The position numbers and the translations under genes were made by a program. A stretch of 64,000 nucleotides of DNA from the NCBI GenBank assembly GCA_965112155.1, contig OZ218103.1; one strand, written 5' to 3'. Under the pieces are notes generated by a model. That model was not told the origin of the DNA and made no database searches. It saw only the letters and a program-made list of their open reading frames with translations. Positions 1 to 12,580 of the stretch are shown piece by piece. Source of the DNA: Podarcis liolepis (lineage: Eukaryota). The first letter of the stretch is position 1. Every line of letters starts with the position of its first letter.

Positions 1-3000
1 TCTGTAACGTTATCTGTGATGGGCTGCCCCTTATGACTATGAAAAATTCAGCTACAGCAGAATAAACCAGCATAAAATGCAACATTGGGTTGTGTCAATG
101 TCTCATCACCTGCAATGGCTTTCTATTGTTTTTCAGGTACCACTCAAATTGCAAGTTTTCTATAAAAAAAATTCTAAACAGGCTGGACCAAACACACCCT
201 AAGAACCACCACCCATTCATTTTCTTCACCAGTTTCCAATATCAATTGCCTCTTTGTAGTGCCATATATGCACTACATCAGACACATACCCCAAATCTAG
301 AGACTCCATCCATCTGGGGACTATAACACATGAGCATCTTTTGAAAGTTCTGTCAGAACCCTTAATCTGAGCTAATGGAAAGTTGCATAGTTCCTTGCAT
401 AGATAGAAAGCATCAATAAGGACAACTGTGTAGCCTTCCCCAACGTGGTACTTATCCTTGATACCTAACAACTTCCATCAGTCCCAGCCAGCATGCCTAA
501 TGGTCAGGGATCACAAGAGTTGTGGAGGTACAACATATGGAGGGAACAAAGAGAGAGAAGCCTAACGGTCATTATCATCTTCAGAGTCCTTTAAGTGCCT
601 CCTAAAATTAGGCCAGGTTTCGTAAACTGAAGGGCAGCACGTATCTACAATAAATGAATAAATGAGCAAATGACCTCATTATGTCACCTAAACCAGTATG
701 CACACAGCTTTTGCACTGCTCAGTATCAGACATAAAAAGCAGACCACAGTGACTCCTCCTGCGTAAGCTGTCATGGCACTCTGCATAGGAGACCTGCATG
801 AAGAAGCCAGAGGAGATCTCAGGAGGAAGGTTTCAGTCTCAATGGAGAGGATCAATGCCTCCATTCAAGACAAAGTGTGTTTGCATTGCTGTGAATGTGA
901 GGAGAGACAGCATTTTTCAGGGGAAAGTGGGGAGAGGCACATGCACAAAGGAAAATGAATGCTACAACAGTAGACCCATGGCAGAAAGTATTGTGAGCTG
1001 CTTAGCAGGTCATTGGGAAGGAGCAAAACAGAGGGGAAACCAAAATCCAGAGAGATGTGAATATGATCTTTACCAGGCACAGCCTACATTTTATGTATCT
1101 AGCCAGCAGACAGGGGGAAACAACAAGACCAGAACCCATAGCTACACTTTGACCACCAAGCCAAAGGTGTGCACAGAGTAACTTATGGAGGGCCCTTTGT
1201 AGTCTCCTATGACATGCCACTTACTCCTCTCAAGCACCCCAATGCACAGGAAGGCTCCTAGTCATGTGGACCAAAGGAGCACTATGTGCATCCATAACCC
1301 AATGGAAAAGCACAGATGCAGCATGCCAAAGCCTTCAGAGTCACTACTAGCTACAGAATCCCAGGAGAAATGGTTGCGAAGAACCATAGACAAACCAAGA
1401 CAGAGCAATGAGATATCCAGTTAATGTCATTTGCACAGACCAATCATTTCTCTGTCAGTTTAATTCATACTCCAGAACACTTCTCATTTTGCCAGGCCTA
1501 CTTCATCCCATTCAGAAATATATTCATTTCGACAACTGCTGCATGTGTTGGTTAGTGTCCCGTGTGACCTTGTGATCAGTTTGACCCACAGCCACCCCTG
1601 CATTCCCTCTCTCCGTGCAGCCCAGTTGGTAGGTTTTTCATTACAAAGAAAGTCAGGTAGAGGAGGCAACCCATTCACCATTACTAGTACTTCTATTTCA
1701 AAGCTATAGGCAAGATGCTGATCCACAGTCCTACTGTGTTGTTGTAGCAAGGAACTCACTGTTCCCTTGACTAGTTTGTGTGCCTCTCTTGGGAGACAAC
1801 TGAGCAGAGCAAAAATTGGAGGGTGATGGTTCCCTACCTGCCAACCGTCATGAGAAAACAGACAAAGCTGAAACACAGCTTCACAACATCCCAGCTTTTA
1901 TTAAACCATATCAGTGGCAGGTATAAGTTCTGACAGCAACACAGAAGAATCAAGGCTGTTGTCTTTGCGTTCTTGCAGGATTTCTGTATGCTTGAAAACT
2001 GCAAGAGAAAGAAGAGTAATAGATGCAGGTTTCCTTATCACTATTCATGCTGGCTACCCCTGTTTACATTATGGGCTATCACACCTGATGGAAAAGCTGT
2101 AGGCACCAAGACGGAAGCCCAACAAAGGCATATCTGCCTTCAACTAGTTGTTGCTGTTGCTGCTGCTTGCTGCAGGTGCCATTTGTGGTCTGCATGATAC
2201 TAGGAATGGGAATCATCCTTGCCTCTCAGAATATGGAATGGCTGCCTTGTTGCCTACAGGGAGACAAGTAATGAATAACAGGGATCAGCAGCAACTGATA
2301 GATCCAGTGACTAAGTGCCATTATGGGTAGGTGAGTGAGCAGAGGCAACAAAAGATGCTATCACTAGGTGCTATTTCACCCTGCATGCCTCACCTCAGCT
2401 TCCCATTCTCCCACTGGCAGGCCACTCTCCCACTCTATGTTTGGAGGCTTCTCCTGTAGGGGAAGACAATGCAGTCATTGCAAGAACACTCACCTGTCCA
2501 TTGTAGGGACTGGAATGTTTGTCTGCAGTTTGCAGCTTCTTTTGTTCTGTATGCTCTGGCTGTACTGGAGTGGAGAAAATACATCATGAGTGTTTTGCCA
2601 GCTGTAGCAATAGACAGAGATAAGTGCCTAGCATTCAGTAGCAAAGCTGGCTGTTATCCACTGCACTCATTGGTGCTTTGTGGAAGCTCACCAACATCTG
2701 GAATAAACAGAAGTCCCCTTTCTACACTGTGTATATTTATCCTGTGTCCCACAGCTGTCTGCTGTGAAGGGAAGCTTGTAAAGTTAAATGTTTCTCAGGG
2801 ATTGATGGGAGACACTCTTGAGGCCATGGGTGGCCATCACTTTTATTGGAAAAGTTGGAGAAGAAGTGTAGGCATCATATGATGAAACATAATGCCCCCC
2901 TCCCTGGTGACCCCCAACAACCACCTGACCTTGCCTACCTCTTATGGGGTGCTTTTTCCTTGCAGCTCTGGTTGCAGGCTTAGAGTTGAAGTTTGCATCT

Positions 3001-4358
3001 GGAGTCCCAAGGCATAGGAATTCTGAGAAGACAAGTGTTGCTCATCAGTCCTTCATATCTTCTTTGTTATCCTTGACTTTGGGGTGTGCGTTGTTTGTGA
3101 ACAGTGCTCATTTCGTGCCATTCATTTCATTCATTGGATCATTTATTTACTGCTTTTTGGCCCCAAAAGAAGCCCCTGGATTGACTTACAACAAAAACTA
3201 TTAAGACACAGTGATATGTCCCCACCTGTTGGTCCCTAGTTCTCTAGACAGTGATGGAGATCCATGCTATAGTTTTGATACATGAGATCTGTGTTCAGTG
3301 GCTGGGGCAAAAGGCCAAACTGTGCATTATGTGGGAGGACCATGATTCGATCTGATTTTTGTTCTTACTGAAATGCAGCCATGTGGAGTGGAGAGCTACA
3401 AATTTCTTTGCAGCAGCACAGGGAAGGATGGAATATTAAACTATTTCCCCCATACTCTTTTCCTAATCAAAATTGCCCCCTGGCCCTCTTCCCAGGGAAA
3501 CAGTAACCTAGGAAAGGAGTTTATGGCTATAAAAATGGGGCCCCAGTTTCAGTATCTTTTTGCCTTTGCCACTACTGTGACACCCTCTGTGCTGAGAATG
3601 CAGGGTATATATTTAATAGTAAAATCAGCATTAAACAAACAGGAAAATAACAGACCAACTGGCTTGAAAATATTGGTCTTTGTAATACAGTACTTTGCAG
3701 GTATGCTACTAAAGAGGAAGAAACAGCCACTTAGGTGGCACTATTTTAAAAAGATCGCTCCTTTCATTTGGGAATAGGGCCATCATTGACAGTGATACTC
3801 TGTCACCATTGGGTTGACTTTTTGATGTCCACCAGAAACAATAGCTTGGAATTTCTCACCCTGATAATCACGAACAGATTAAAAAAAAAACACAAACATG
3901 CAAAGGATCTCCTTTTGAAGTAAGAGCCTTCTCTATGCTTACAATACGTATGGCTTCTGTGTAATAGATCTTTCCTTTGGAATACATGGATTCATATGTT
4001 CTGGGTGCAAGTAAAAAAAATTGAAGCAATGTCATCTTCTCAAAGTCCTCATTCTCACCTTGTGGGTGAAGCAAAAACCCTGAACATAAAATGAGAATAA
4101 TGCACATCACTTATTCCTAGAGCTGGGAGTTCCTAGTCATCTTAATGGCCTAGATCCAAAGAACAATGCAATTAGTTCTGCCAATCATATCTCCCCATGC
4201 TGCGTGGCCTCTTTTGGAACCAAGGAGAAATTTCCAAAGTAGTTTGGGGCGCATGGGACTTGCAATGAAATGTTGCACCATGGAGAGCTCCTGTTCACTG
4301 TTCCAGCCCTACCTTCCTCCATTATTTTCCATTTCTCCCTCACCTCATCCCTACTGAC

Positions 4359-4489
4359 CAGGCAAACTCGGCCCTCCAGATGATTTGGGACTACAATTCC
4401 CATCATCCCTGACCACTGGTCCTGTTAGCTAGGGATAATGGGAGTTGTAGTCCCAAAACATCTGAAGGGCTGAGTTTGCCTATGCCTAC
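4359..4489. mobile_element. Palindromic non-autonomous hAT MITE
   Basis: Hairpin arms GGCAAACT..GGGACTACAATTCCCATCATCCCT and AGGGATAATGGGAGTTGTAGTCCC..AGTTTGCC; 8-bp TSD CTACTGAC at 4351-4358 and 4490-4497. Confidence 0.8.
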
Positions 4490-4497
4490 CTACTGAC

Positions 4498-4560
4498 GTG
4501 CTCTGGTCCATGGGGTCACGAAGAGTCGGACACGACTAAACGACTAAACAACAACAACAA
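4498..4560 (+). mobile_element. Bov-B (RTE) LINE 3' tip
   Basis: TCCATGGGGTCACGAAGAGTCGGACACGACT followed by a (CAA)n tail; flanked by CCTACTGAC duplications. Confidence 0.85.
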
Positions 4561-6707
4561 CCTACTGACAGTCAACAATCTATGCACACTGCACACTTCT
4601 AGTCCTTGGACTGTTTTGGATATTCTCCCCACCATCACCACCACCTTTACAGCTTTTTCTCAAAAACAAAATTTGGGTTGTATCCAACGTAGGATTTCTG
4701 CTCGTGCAACAGAACATTCCCTCATCTCCATCCCCAGATGTGTTCTAGAGGTTCCCTCAACCCTGCCCCAGAGATCTGGGAGGGGTGGGAAGCTCTGTTG
4801 CACAAGCACAAATCCTTGCACTAATGGAATGATTGGACTGGATACCACCCACTGTACTTTTGTAAACCTTTGGGTTCCCCTAAGTGCCGTAATAGCTCCT
4901 GTGTTTTCATGGATGGTGCCATTTTGGCTACATAAAGCAATGGCACTCATGCCTAAACATCTGAAATAGAGGGAACGATATGGGGCGGGGAGAGAGAGAG
5001 AGACTGCTGCTCAGAGAAAATCTCACAGTCCCATTAGGCATGCCTAAGCCCTAGGATGCACCCAAAGTGACTCTCTGGATCCTGGCCAAAGAGTTCTTGC
5101 TTTGTGATAATATTCCACACACATCAAAATTAGGATTTAACCATTTCAACCAATAAGCAAAAGAAGAAAGCAATATTCCTATAGTGCTCCCCCTTCCCTC
5201 TTATCCTTTCTCTCCAGACAAACTTGCAAGCTGAAATTCACACAGACAACACTATTATGACCGATTTCGCTGGCACAGCTCTACACCCGACGCTAATTAG
5301 CCCAGTTCTCAGCTGGTGAAAATTACAAGGCTCAATTGCAGCTCCATATAGTGCCACAAATAACTGTGGGCTTGGCCAATAAATTTATCATAGTGTGCTG
5401 AATTTAGTGGCTGAAAATAATAGTAGACGGGAATGTTGAATGGGATCAAGTAAGATCGCCACACACAGATCTTAGTTTCATACAAAAAACATAAAATTGT
5501 ATGCTAGTAGAGCTCTGAATCTCATAAAATGTACACACATACCACAAATAGAAGTATCCCCATTCAATTGCTACTATATTTGCTGAAAACAATTTTAAGA
5601 AAATTAAATTGGCTGAATGTCTGGTGTCTTTGGGCATTATCTACCACACATTTTGCTTTACCAAGGTTTAAGGTGGCTTGAAAGTCACTGAATCAGGACC
5701 TCACAGCTGGCATGAGTAACTAACTTGCAGCTCTATAGATTCATTTTGATAAGTGGAATCAAGTTACAGAAAGCAATGCACTAGTGGCTAATATTGCAAC
5801 ACATACTGAATTCCAATAGCTATATAGAGATATCCTGATATTTACTCTGGAAGTCACTTGGATTGAAATCAGTAGAAATGCTTCGGAGCAGGTAGCTTTA
5901 CTGCAATTCTAAAAATGCAGGAAACAAAACTCTTTCAGAAATTAAGCATTTAAAAAATAAAATAATAGGAAGTAAAATGAGACTTGATCTTAAAACTAAG
6001 GGGTTAGAAATGTCTGATTATTCAAAGATGGTATATTTTATACACCATAAGCAAGAATAACACTTCTTGCAGCAGCAAACAGCTCACCTGTGTCTGTCTG
6101 ATATTCCACAGCCCCAGTTGTGTGTATACGAGTATACATTCCCCAGATGATTTGAATATTTCTCAGCCCAACACTTTTGGATTCATCTGCATCTATTTCC
6201 CCAGATTTTCATCCTTCTGTAATAAATGCTTTTGGTCTTGTTCTTCAGTGCCATACGTGTTTTGAAAGTGGAGCTGCCATTTGTGTCAGGAGGGGTGTTT
6301 TGCATAAAACTAGGTCATGCGCCATGATTTAATGTATCATTTCATCAAAAGAAGCAGAGATGGTGTCATCTTTATAAATCTTCTATGCAGCTTTGTAGGT
6401 AGCATATATAGACTTTTCAATTATCAGGCACCAAATTGTAAGGGAGGGTTTGAAGCTTGCTTTTATATGGAACAGATGTTATGATTCTTTTAGGATGTGC
6501 AGAACAACAAAAACTATTCCATATCATCCTTTTTCCCCTTCTTCTATAGGCTCCAGAACTTTTAGAATTCTGCACATCTAAAAATGGTGCATATAGAATA
6601 ATGCCTAGTTTCCACACCTAAATCTCTCTGGGATTAATGGTGTGTGTGTGTGTGATCAGAGCAGCGGCTTTTCTGCGGAACCACAGAAGTTCGAACCATC
6701 TGGAAGG

Positions 6708-6803
6708 GTTACTATGGAAACAGCAAAGGACTGGGGGAGGGAGGGAATGGATGCCATGACAACCTTTGGGAGTTTCCCAGGAAACCAAAGTTGCTATGGA
6801 AAC
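6708..6803. promoter_or_regulatory. Cluster of four RFX X-box-like motifs (putative enhancer)
   Basis: GTTACTATGGAAAC 6708-6721, GATGCCATGACAAC 6750-6763, GTTTCCCAGGAAAC 6772-6785, GTTGCTATGGAAAC 6790-6803. Confidence 0.6.
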
Positions 6804-7761
6804 TGCATCACTCAGGTCCAAATTAGTAACTTCCGCTGCAAGGCGTGTTTGCCACTTTAATCTTCTTGTGATAGATGCAACCGCTTATCTTAAATGCATT
6901 GGCAATGGATGGAAATGCCCCCTTTGTTTCTAAGGTTTGGATGGGTTTCAACTGAGGCTACAGTCACTGTGAAAAGCCCATCAGTGACTTACCAGAAGCC
7001 TAAAACTTCATGATATGCAGAAAGCCAAACACTCAGGATATGATCCAGTTAGACAATTGTTCAACCTTGTGATGTAGGAAGAAGTATTTTCCACTATATT
7101 GTGCAGGTAGAATTTTGAATTCAAGGAAGCAATTCTGTAGTTCTGTGGATCAAAGAAATCCAAACTTACAATGAAGACTTTCCCCTCGCTATATCAAAAC
7201 AATTATACGTATGCCTAGGGCAAATTCAGACTGCACACAGGCTTTAACCTGGCATTAACAAAAGCAAAACTGTACCCTCGTATGACACGCATTAGATGAT
7301 GTGAGCATCATTTTGCAGCGTGATGGCAGAGATGCTTTGTGAAATTTCAGTGCCTATATTTTCTACTCACTGCAACACACTTGCATCCGCGTTTCTTTCA
7401 CTTCATAACTTTCATTCCAACAAGTGCACACATTCAAGGAAAGGAAAATCAACAAATGAGCTGCTCTTTGCTAAATTTCCCAGCAAACCCCCCAAAGCCC
7501 TGCAACAAACAGCACAGAACAAAAACCTGTTTCTAGAAGAAGCAGCCCAGACTTCTTTGTATCCTCTTATCTATCTGCTTTCTTAACATCTGCTTAGTTG
7601 TTTGGTTTTTTACCTTCTAAAAATGCCCATCTTCAGAAAGAAGGATCAGAAAAGTACATGTATTAAACAAGAGCACAAAGAATGACGATGGTGCATGTTC
7701 CTCACAATACTGATTACGGAGACCTTCTGTAATATTTTTATATATCCTTGAAAGGTGTCTT

Positions 7762-9603
7762 TTAAACATCCGTAAAGATCTTTTTAATATTCACACAGTT
7801 TGGATTGTTTGTGGCTGTACAGTTGCCTGTTTTGAAGGCAGCCTGTTTGAATGCACTGTTGCTGATGCCTCCCTCTTCTATCACCATGTACTCTGACTTG
7901 CTGAGAGTGGAATTGCTCCGAGCTTTCCTCAGCTCCTCAGTGGAGGAGAGATGCTGGCAGCTTCCTACATGCATATACTGGGCTTGTTCTTCACCTTCCG
8001 TTTCTCGGTGATAAAAGTAGTTAAAGTTGGAGACTATCACGGGCACAGGCAAGGCAATGGTCAGCACCCCAGCTATGGCACAGAGAGACCCTACTATTTT
8101 GCCCCCAATAGTGACTGGGTGCATGTCACCATAACCCACTGTAGTCATGGTCACTACAGCCCACCAAAAGGCATCAGGGATACTGCTGAAGCTGGACGTG
8201 GGATCATCAGCCTCTGCAAAGTAGACAGCACTGGAAAAGAGGATAACTCCAATGAAGAGGAAGAAAATGAGCAAGCCCAGCTCCCTCATGCTGGCCTTGA
8301 GGGTCTGCCCCAAGATCTGCAACCCCTTGGAGTGCCGAGAGAGCTTGAATATACGGAAGACTCTGACTAACCGGATGACCCTGAGAATGGCCAGAGACAT
8401 CGCTTGTTGACCATTGCCCTGCCTCTCGGCCAGCTCAGTGCCCAAGGTGATGAAATAAGGAATAATAGCCACAATGTCAATTATGTTCATAATGTTCTTG
8501 GAGAAGGTGGGTTTGCTGGGACAAGCAAAGAAACGGACAAGCAGCTCAAAGGAGAACCAGATAATGCACAGAGTCTCCACCACAAAAAAAGGATCAGTGA
8601 AAGAAGACACCATGGAGGTTGCTGGAGAAGAGGAATTTAGGAAGATATCTGCCACGAAAGGTCCACCACTGGTCCCAAATGTCCCTGTGGTGCTGTCATA
8701 GTCACGGTCATCTCTGAACTCAGGCAAGGTTTCCAGGCAGAAAATGACAATGGAGATGAGGATAACTAAGACTGAGACGATCGCAATGCCCCGAGCTGGT
8801 CCAGAGCTCTCCGGGTACTCAAAGAGGAGCCACACCTGGCGCTGGAACTCCTTCTCGGGCAGAGGTCTCTGCTCTTCACGGATGAAACCTTCATCTTCTC
8901 GGAATTTCTCCATGGCCTCCTCGCCCAACTGGTAGAAGCGGATTTCTTCCGAGAAGATGTCAATGGGGACGTTGACAGGGCGCCGGATGCGGCCTCCGGA
9001 CTGGTAGTAGTATAGGATGGCATCGAAGCTGGGTCGGTTGCGGTCAAAGAAATACTCGTTGCGGAGGGGGTCAAAGTAGCGCATCCTCTTGCGGGGGTCC
9101 CCCAGCAGGGTCTCGGGGAACTGGGCGAGCGTCTTGAGCTGGGTCTCGAAGCGCAGCCCAGAGATGTTGATCACCACCCGCTCGCAACACTCGTGCTCCC
9201 CGGCGTCCCCCCCACTGCCCACCTGGTGATGCCCAGGGGGAGGCAGGGTGTGGGCCATGGAGGGGTGGTCGTAGCGCTCCCCTCCCAGCAGGGCATGGGG
9301 GTGCTGGGTCTCCTCGAGCAGAGGGTCCTCTCCCCCCACCACGGTCATGCCCCCCTCCAGCTCCCCGTCGCCCACGTCCTCCTCGACGCCCTCCTCGTCG
9401 TCTTCCTGCCCTTCCCCGGGCCCCGAGAGCGCGCCTTCGGGGAAGAACTGCTCACTGTAGCCCAAGTTGTGGTGGCTGCTGCCCACGGCGACGACGCCCG
9501 CGACGACGACGCCAGCGCCGCCGCCGCCGCTGCTGCCGCCCCTCGGGTGCCTGCCGGAGGACAGGGCGGCCGGCGAGCGCAGCAGGCTCAGGTGCTCGTC
9601 CAT
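7762..9603 (-). CDS. KCNA3: Voltage-gated potassium channel Kv1.3, intronless, 613 aa from ATG 9603; a second in-frame start MTVV at 9348 gives 528 aa
   Basis: T1 domain ([19 protein letters not shown]), S4 ([19 protein letters not shown]), pore [12 protein letters not shown] with the Kv1.3-type His, C-terminus KKIFTDV, and N-terminus [10 protein letters not shown] resembling human MDERLSLLRS. The ORF-track start at 9738 is a TTG. Confidence 0.97.
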   Translation of the reverse strand: MDEHLSLLRSPAALSSGRHPRGGSSGGGGAGVVVAGVVAVGSSHHNLGYSEQFFPEGALSGPGEGQEDDEEGVEEDVGDGELEGGMTVVGGEDPLLEETQHPHALLGGERYDHPSMAHTLPPPGHHQVGSGGDAGEHECCERVVINISGLRFETQLKTLAQFPETLLGDPRKRMRYFDPLRNEYFFDRNRPSFDAILYYYQSGGRIRRPVNVPIDIFSEEIRFYQLGEEAMEKFREDEGFIREEQRPLPEKEFQRQVWLLFEYPESSGPARGIAIVSVLVILISIVIFCLETLPEFRDDRDYDSTTGTFGTSGGPFVADIFLNSSSPATSMVSSFTDPFFVVETLCIIWFSFELLVRFFACPSKPTFSKNIMNIIDIVAIIPYFITLGTELAERQGNGQQAMSLAILRVIRLVRVFRIFKLSRHSKGLQILGQTLKASMRELGLLIFFLFIGVILFSSAVYFAEADDPTSSFSSIPDAFWWAVVTMTTVGYGDMHPVTIGGKIVGSLCAIAGVLTIALPVPVIVSNFNYFYHRETEGEEQAQYMHVGSCQHLSSTEELRKARSNSTLSKSEYMVIEEGGISNSAFKQAAFKTGNCTATNNPNCVNIKKIFTDV

Positions 9604-10450
9604 GGAGGTGGCGGCAGAGCCGAGGGGAGGCTGCCTCCCCGGCCGACCAAGCGACACCTCAGGCAGAGCGCCAGAGTGACCCTCCCGGCTGCACCCGCCG
9701 CCGCCGTCGCTCTGAGGTGCCCGCCCGACGCGGCTCAAAAAATCCGCCCCCAGCCCGGACGCCGCCTCTCGCCCTCCTCAGTCACTCGCTCCGCGCCGTC
9801 GCCGCCCACGCCGTCGCCCTCCCGCCAGAGCGCCGAGGAGGAGGGCGAGGGGAGCGGACGCTTCTGGAACGAGGGAGGGGTCTCCCCGCTTCCCCCACCT
9901 GTGAGAGCCCAGAGCTGCTGCTGCAGCAGCAACAACAACAGCGAGAGAGAGAGAGCGCGCACTCGGCTGCTGGACGCTGCCAGCGAGCAACACGTTACGC
10001 GCGGGGGGAAGTTTGCAAGAGCGCCTCGCCCTCCCCGCGGCTGCAAAGCCGCTGCGTCGCGCGCTTAACCTTGGAGTAACTCCCCGTCAGCGCTACGAGG
10101 CGTACTTTCAAGAGGCAGGTTCCCGCGCATCGGCCTCTTCAGGAGCATTTCCCCTCCGCCAAAAAAAAACCACACGCGCACACACGCCTGGGCTCTGAAA
10201 TAACGTCAAGGTTTAGTGCTGGAACATAGGGAATAATGGCTTTCTCGTATCGTGAGGAGCAGAGGCTCGGGCGTGCGTTTGGCTGTGTTGTTGACGCCAG
10301 CCAGTTTGCTGCCCCGGGGTTGTTGTTGCAGCGGGCAACCCTGTGCTGGTCAGGATCCCGCCGGCCACTGTGCAAGCTTGGTGAGAGATGCGGCTCCTCC
10401 TGGTGCAGGGCGCGTCTTCTGCAGTGATCCGAGGGGCTCACTTCCAGGGC
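8900..10450. promoter_or_regulatory. CpG island covering the KCNA3 5' CDS and promoter
   Basis: Very GC- and CpG-rich stretch in an otherwise CpG-depleted background, overlapping the KCNA3 start. Confidence 0.8.
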
Positions 10451-10950
10451 CACAAGGAGCCGCGCTCTCTGGACCCCTTGCTCAAAGCACTCTGGGCTCA
10501 CATCCACACCGTGCATTTAAAGTACATGGCTTCCCCCAAACGGATCTGGGGGTGGCATTCCACCCCTTGCAGAGCTATAATTCCCAGCACCCTTGACAAA
10601 CTACACTTTGGGAGAAGCCATGTGGTGCAGAGGTGACCAGGTTCTCCTTGTACTGCTTGCCTTCACCTGGCAAATGCTTATCCATTCCCTTTGTCATTAT
10701 CCCCCAAAAAAGCAATGTCTGGTGTTGTTTGTGCAGTGGGGCTGGTCCTGTCTGCATGCTGTTATCCCAAATACATTTATTCATTTACATCAGAAGAGAC
10801 CCTCTAGTTCAGACCAAAGGCCCACATAGTCCAGCATCCTGTTCTCACAACCACCAGCCAGATTCCTATTGGAAGCACACAAGCAGGAGCTTACTTCAAT
10901 AGCATTCTCCACACTTGATATTTCTAGCAACTGGGATTCAGAGGCATACT

Positions 10951-11222
10951 GAGAGCCAGTGTGGTGTAGTGGTTAAGAGCGATAGACTTGTAATCTGGGG
11001 AACCGGGTTCGCGTCTCCGCTCCTCCACATGCAGCTGCTGAGTGACCTTGGGCCAGTCACACTTCTCTGAAGTCTCTCAGCCCCACTCACCTCACAGAGT
11101 GTTTGTTGTGGGGGAGGAAGGGAAAGGAGAATGTTAGCCAGTTTGAGACTCCTTTGGGTAGTGATAAAGCAGGATATCAAATCCAAGCTCTTCTTCTTCT
11201 TCTTCTTCTTCTTCTTCTTCTG
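10951..11222 (+). mobile_element. tRNA-derived squamate SINE (Squam3-like) with (TTC)n tail
   Basis: 5' GAGAGCCAGTGTGGTGTAGTGGTTAAGAG with A/B-box-like motifs, GTGACCTTGGGCCAGTCAC core and (TTC)n tail at 11189-11220; inserted in an older CR1. Confidence 0.8.
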
Positions 11223-11229
11223 CTTCTGC

Positions 11230-12580
11230 TTCCAACAGTGGAGATAGAAGGTAACCAAAGTGACTACTGGGAGTGAGTGCCATGGTTTAACCAGATGTTG
11301 TGTGAAGTACTTTATTTTGCCTAGCCTGAATCTTCCAACATTGGGCTTCATTTGATGGTCCCAGGTTCTAGTATGAGAGGGGGAGAAAGATTTCTCCTTT
11401 TCCACACAATGCATAACCTTGTACACCTCTATCATATGACCGCTTACCTTTTCTTTAAACTAAAAAGCCAGAAAGGTAACCTTTCCTCATAGAGGAGTTG
11501 GGTCATTTTGGTCATCCTTTTCTGAAACTTTTCCAGAGCTACAATACCCATTTTGAGGTACGGCACCCAGAACTGTACACAGTATTCAGAGAGTGGTCAC
11601 ACCATAGATTTGTATGATATTGACAGTTCTATTTTAATTCCCTTTCCTAATGATCCCTGCTAACATGGAATCTGCTTTTTTCAGAGCTTAGGAGAAGGAA
11701 AACTCTGATCCTAAACCTCCTCTGCCTTGCAGGACATCTTTGAGAGAAGAAAAGGCTAAGGAGTAAACCCTACACAAATCTGGAGTGGAGTCCCTAAGAT
11801 GGTTGGACGGTGCCTTGTACATTTCCCTCCAGCAACTCCTTCAGCCAAGCTCGTGCCAAATGTATCGTTCTGCTTTCCTTTGGGCCAGAGGGAAGTCTTG
11901 TTATCTGGGCAGCCCAGGACCTCCCCACACACTGCCCCAGGAAGGTCACTTGAGGGCTGCAAACACAGCAGTTTGAGTTCACGCCCTGAGGCACATGTCA
12001 TTGTCTCTTGAGATGTCAACAACAACAACACATGGGTCAGCATCTTCTTTGAGCTATCCACTACGGCCCCACAATCTTATTCCTGAGAATGAGACTCACT
12101 AGCATATATGTGAAATTAAGATATTTTGACCAAGCATGCATCACTTTACACTTGCAAATTACATTTGCCATTTTAATTCCCATTCAGCCAATTTAGAGAG
12201 ATCATTTTGGATCTCCTCGCACTTCCTTTTTGTTCTGAACAATTCGCTATCATCACCAAATCTGGCTATCTCACCACTCACCCCAACAGTAAATCATTTA
12301 TGACTGCTCTGTATTGCTGTTCTGGGTTTTTTTATTCATATTTCAAAACTGAGATAAAAAATTTTATTTAAAAAATCTAGAGCATTTATAAACTAATTAA
12401 AAAGCACAGCCTCCAGTACCAATCCCCCAATACCACTTTCAACATCCCTCCATTGGAAGAATGTATGCTCATTCCTCTTCTCATTCCTGTTCCATAACCA
12501 GTTACAGAAACATAAATGGATCTCTCCTCTTATCCCATAGCTGCTAAACTTACTCACTAGACCTTGCTGGAATTCCAAAT
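11230..12580 (-). mobile_element. Degraded CR1 LINE 3' region, interrupted by a younger element
   Basis: Minus-strand translations IEVYKVMH...FTQHLVKPWHSLP and SSYGIRGEIHLCFCNWL...QWRDVESG resemble CR1 ORF2; the CR1 3' UTR continues at about 10790-10950. Confidence 0.75.
11688..12030 (+). mobile_element. RTE-associated short retroposon with (CAA)n tail, inserted in CR1
   Basis: Distinct block that splits the CR1 and ends in CAACAACAACAACA. Confidence 0.5.

Noticed and set aside
700-2900. Many short ORFs, with a faint resemblance (HSSTARAY) to a DIRS tyrosine-recombinase N-terminus
   Set aside because: No downstream catalytic motifs and no consistent frame or splice pattern; cannot be supported without a search.
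9604-9738. ORF-track N-terminal extension of KCNA3 to 658 aa
   Set aside because: It begins at TTG; similarity to known Kv1.3 starts at the ATG at 9603.
9193-10068. 291-aa plus-strand ORF and other ORFs overlapping the KCNA3 5' region
   Set aside because: Antisense shadow ORFs in a very GC-rich CpG island; low-complexity Ala/Pro/Arg composition and no recognisable domain.
10951-11030. tRNA-like sequences here and at 13033, 28562, 29925 and 58797
   Set aside because: They are SINE heads that continue into SINE bodies and lack an intact cloverleaf.
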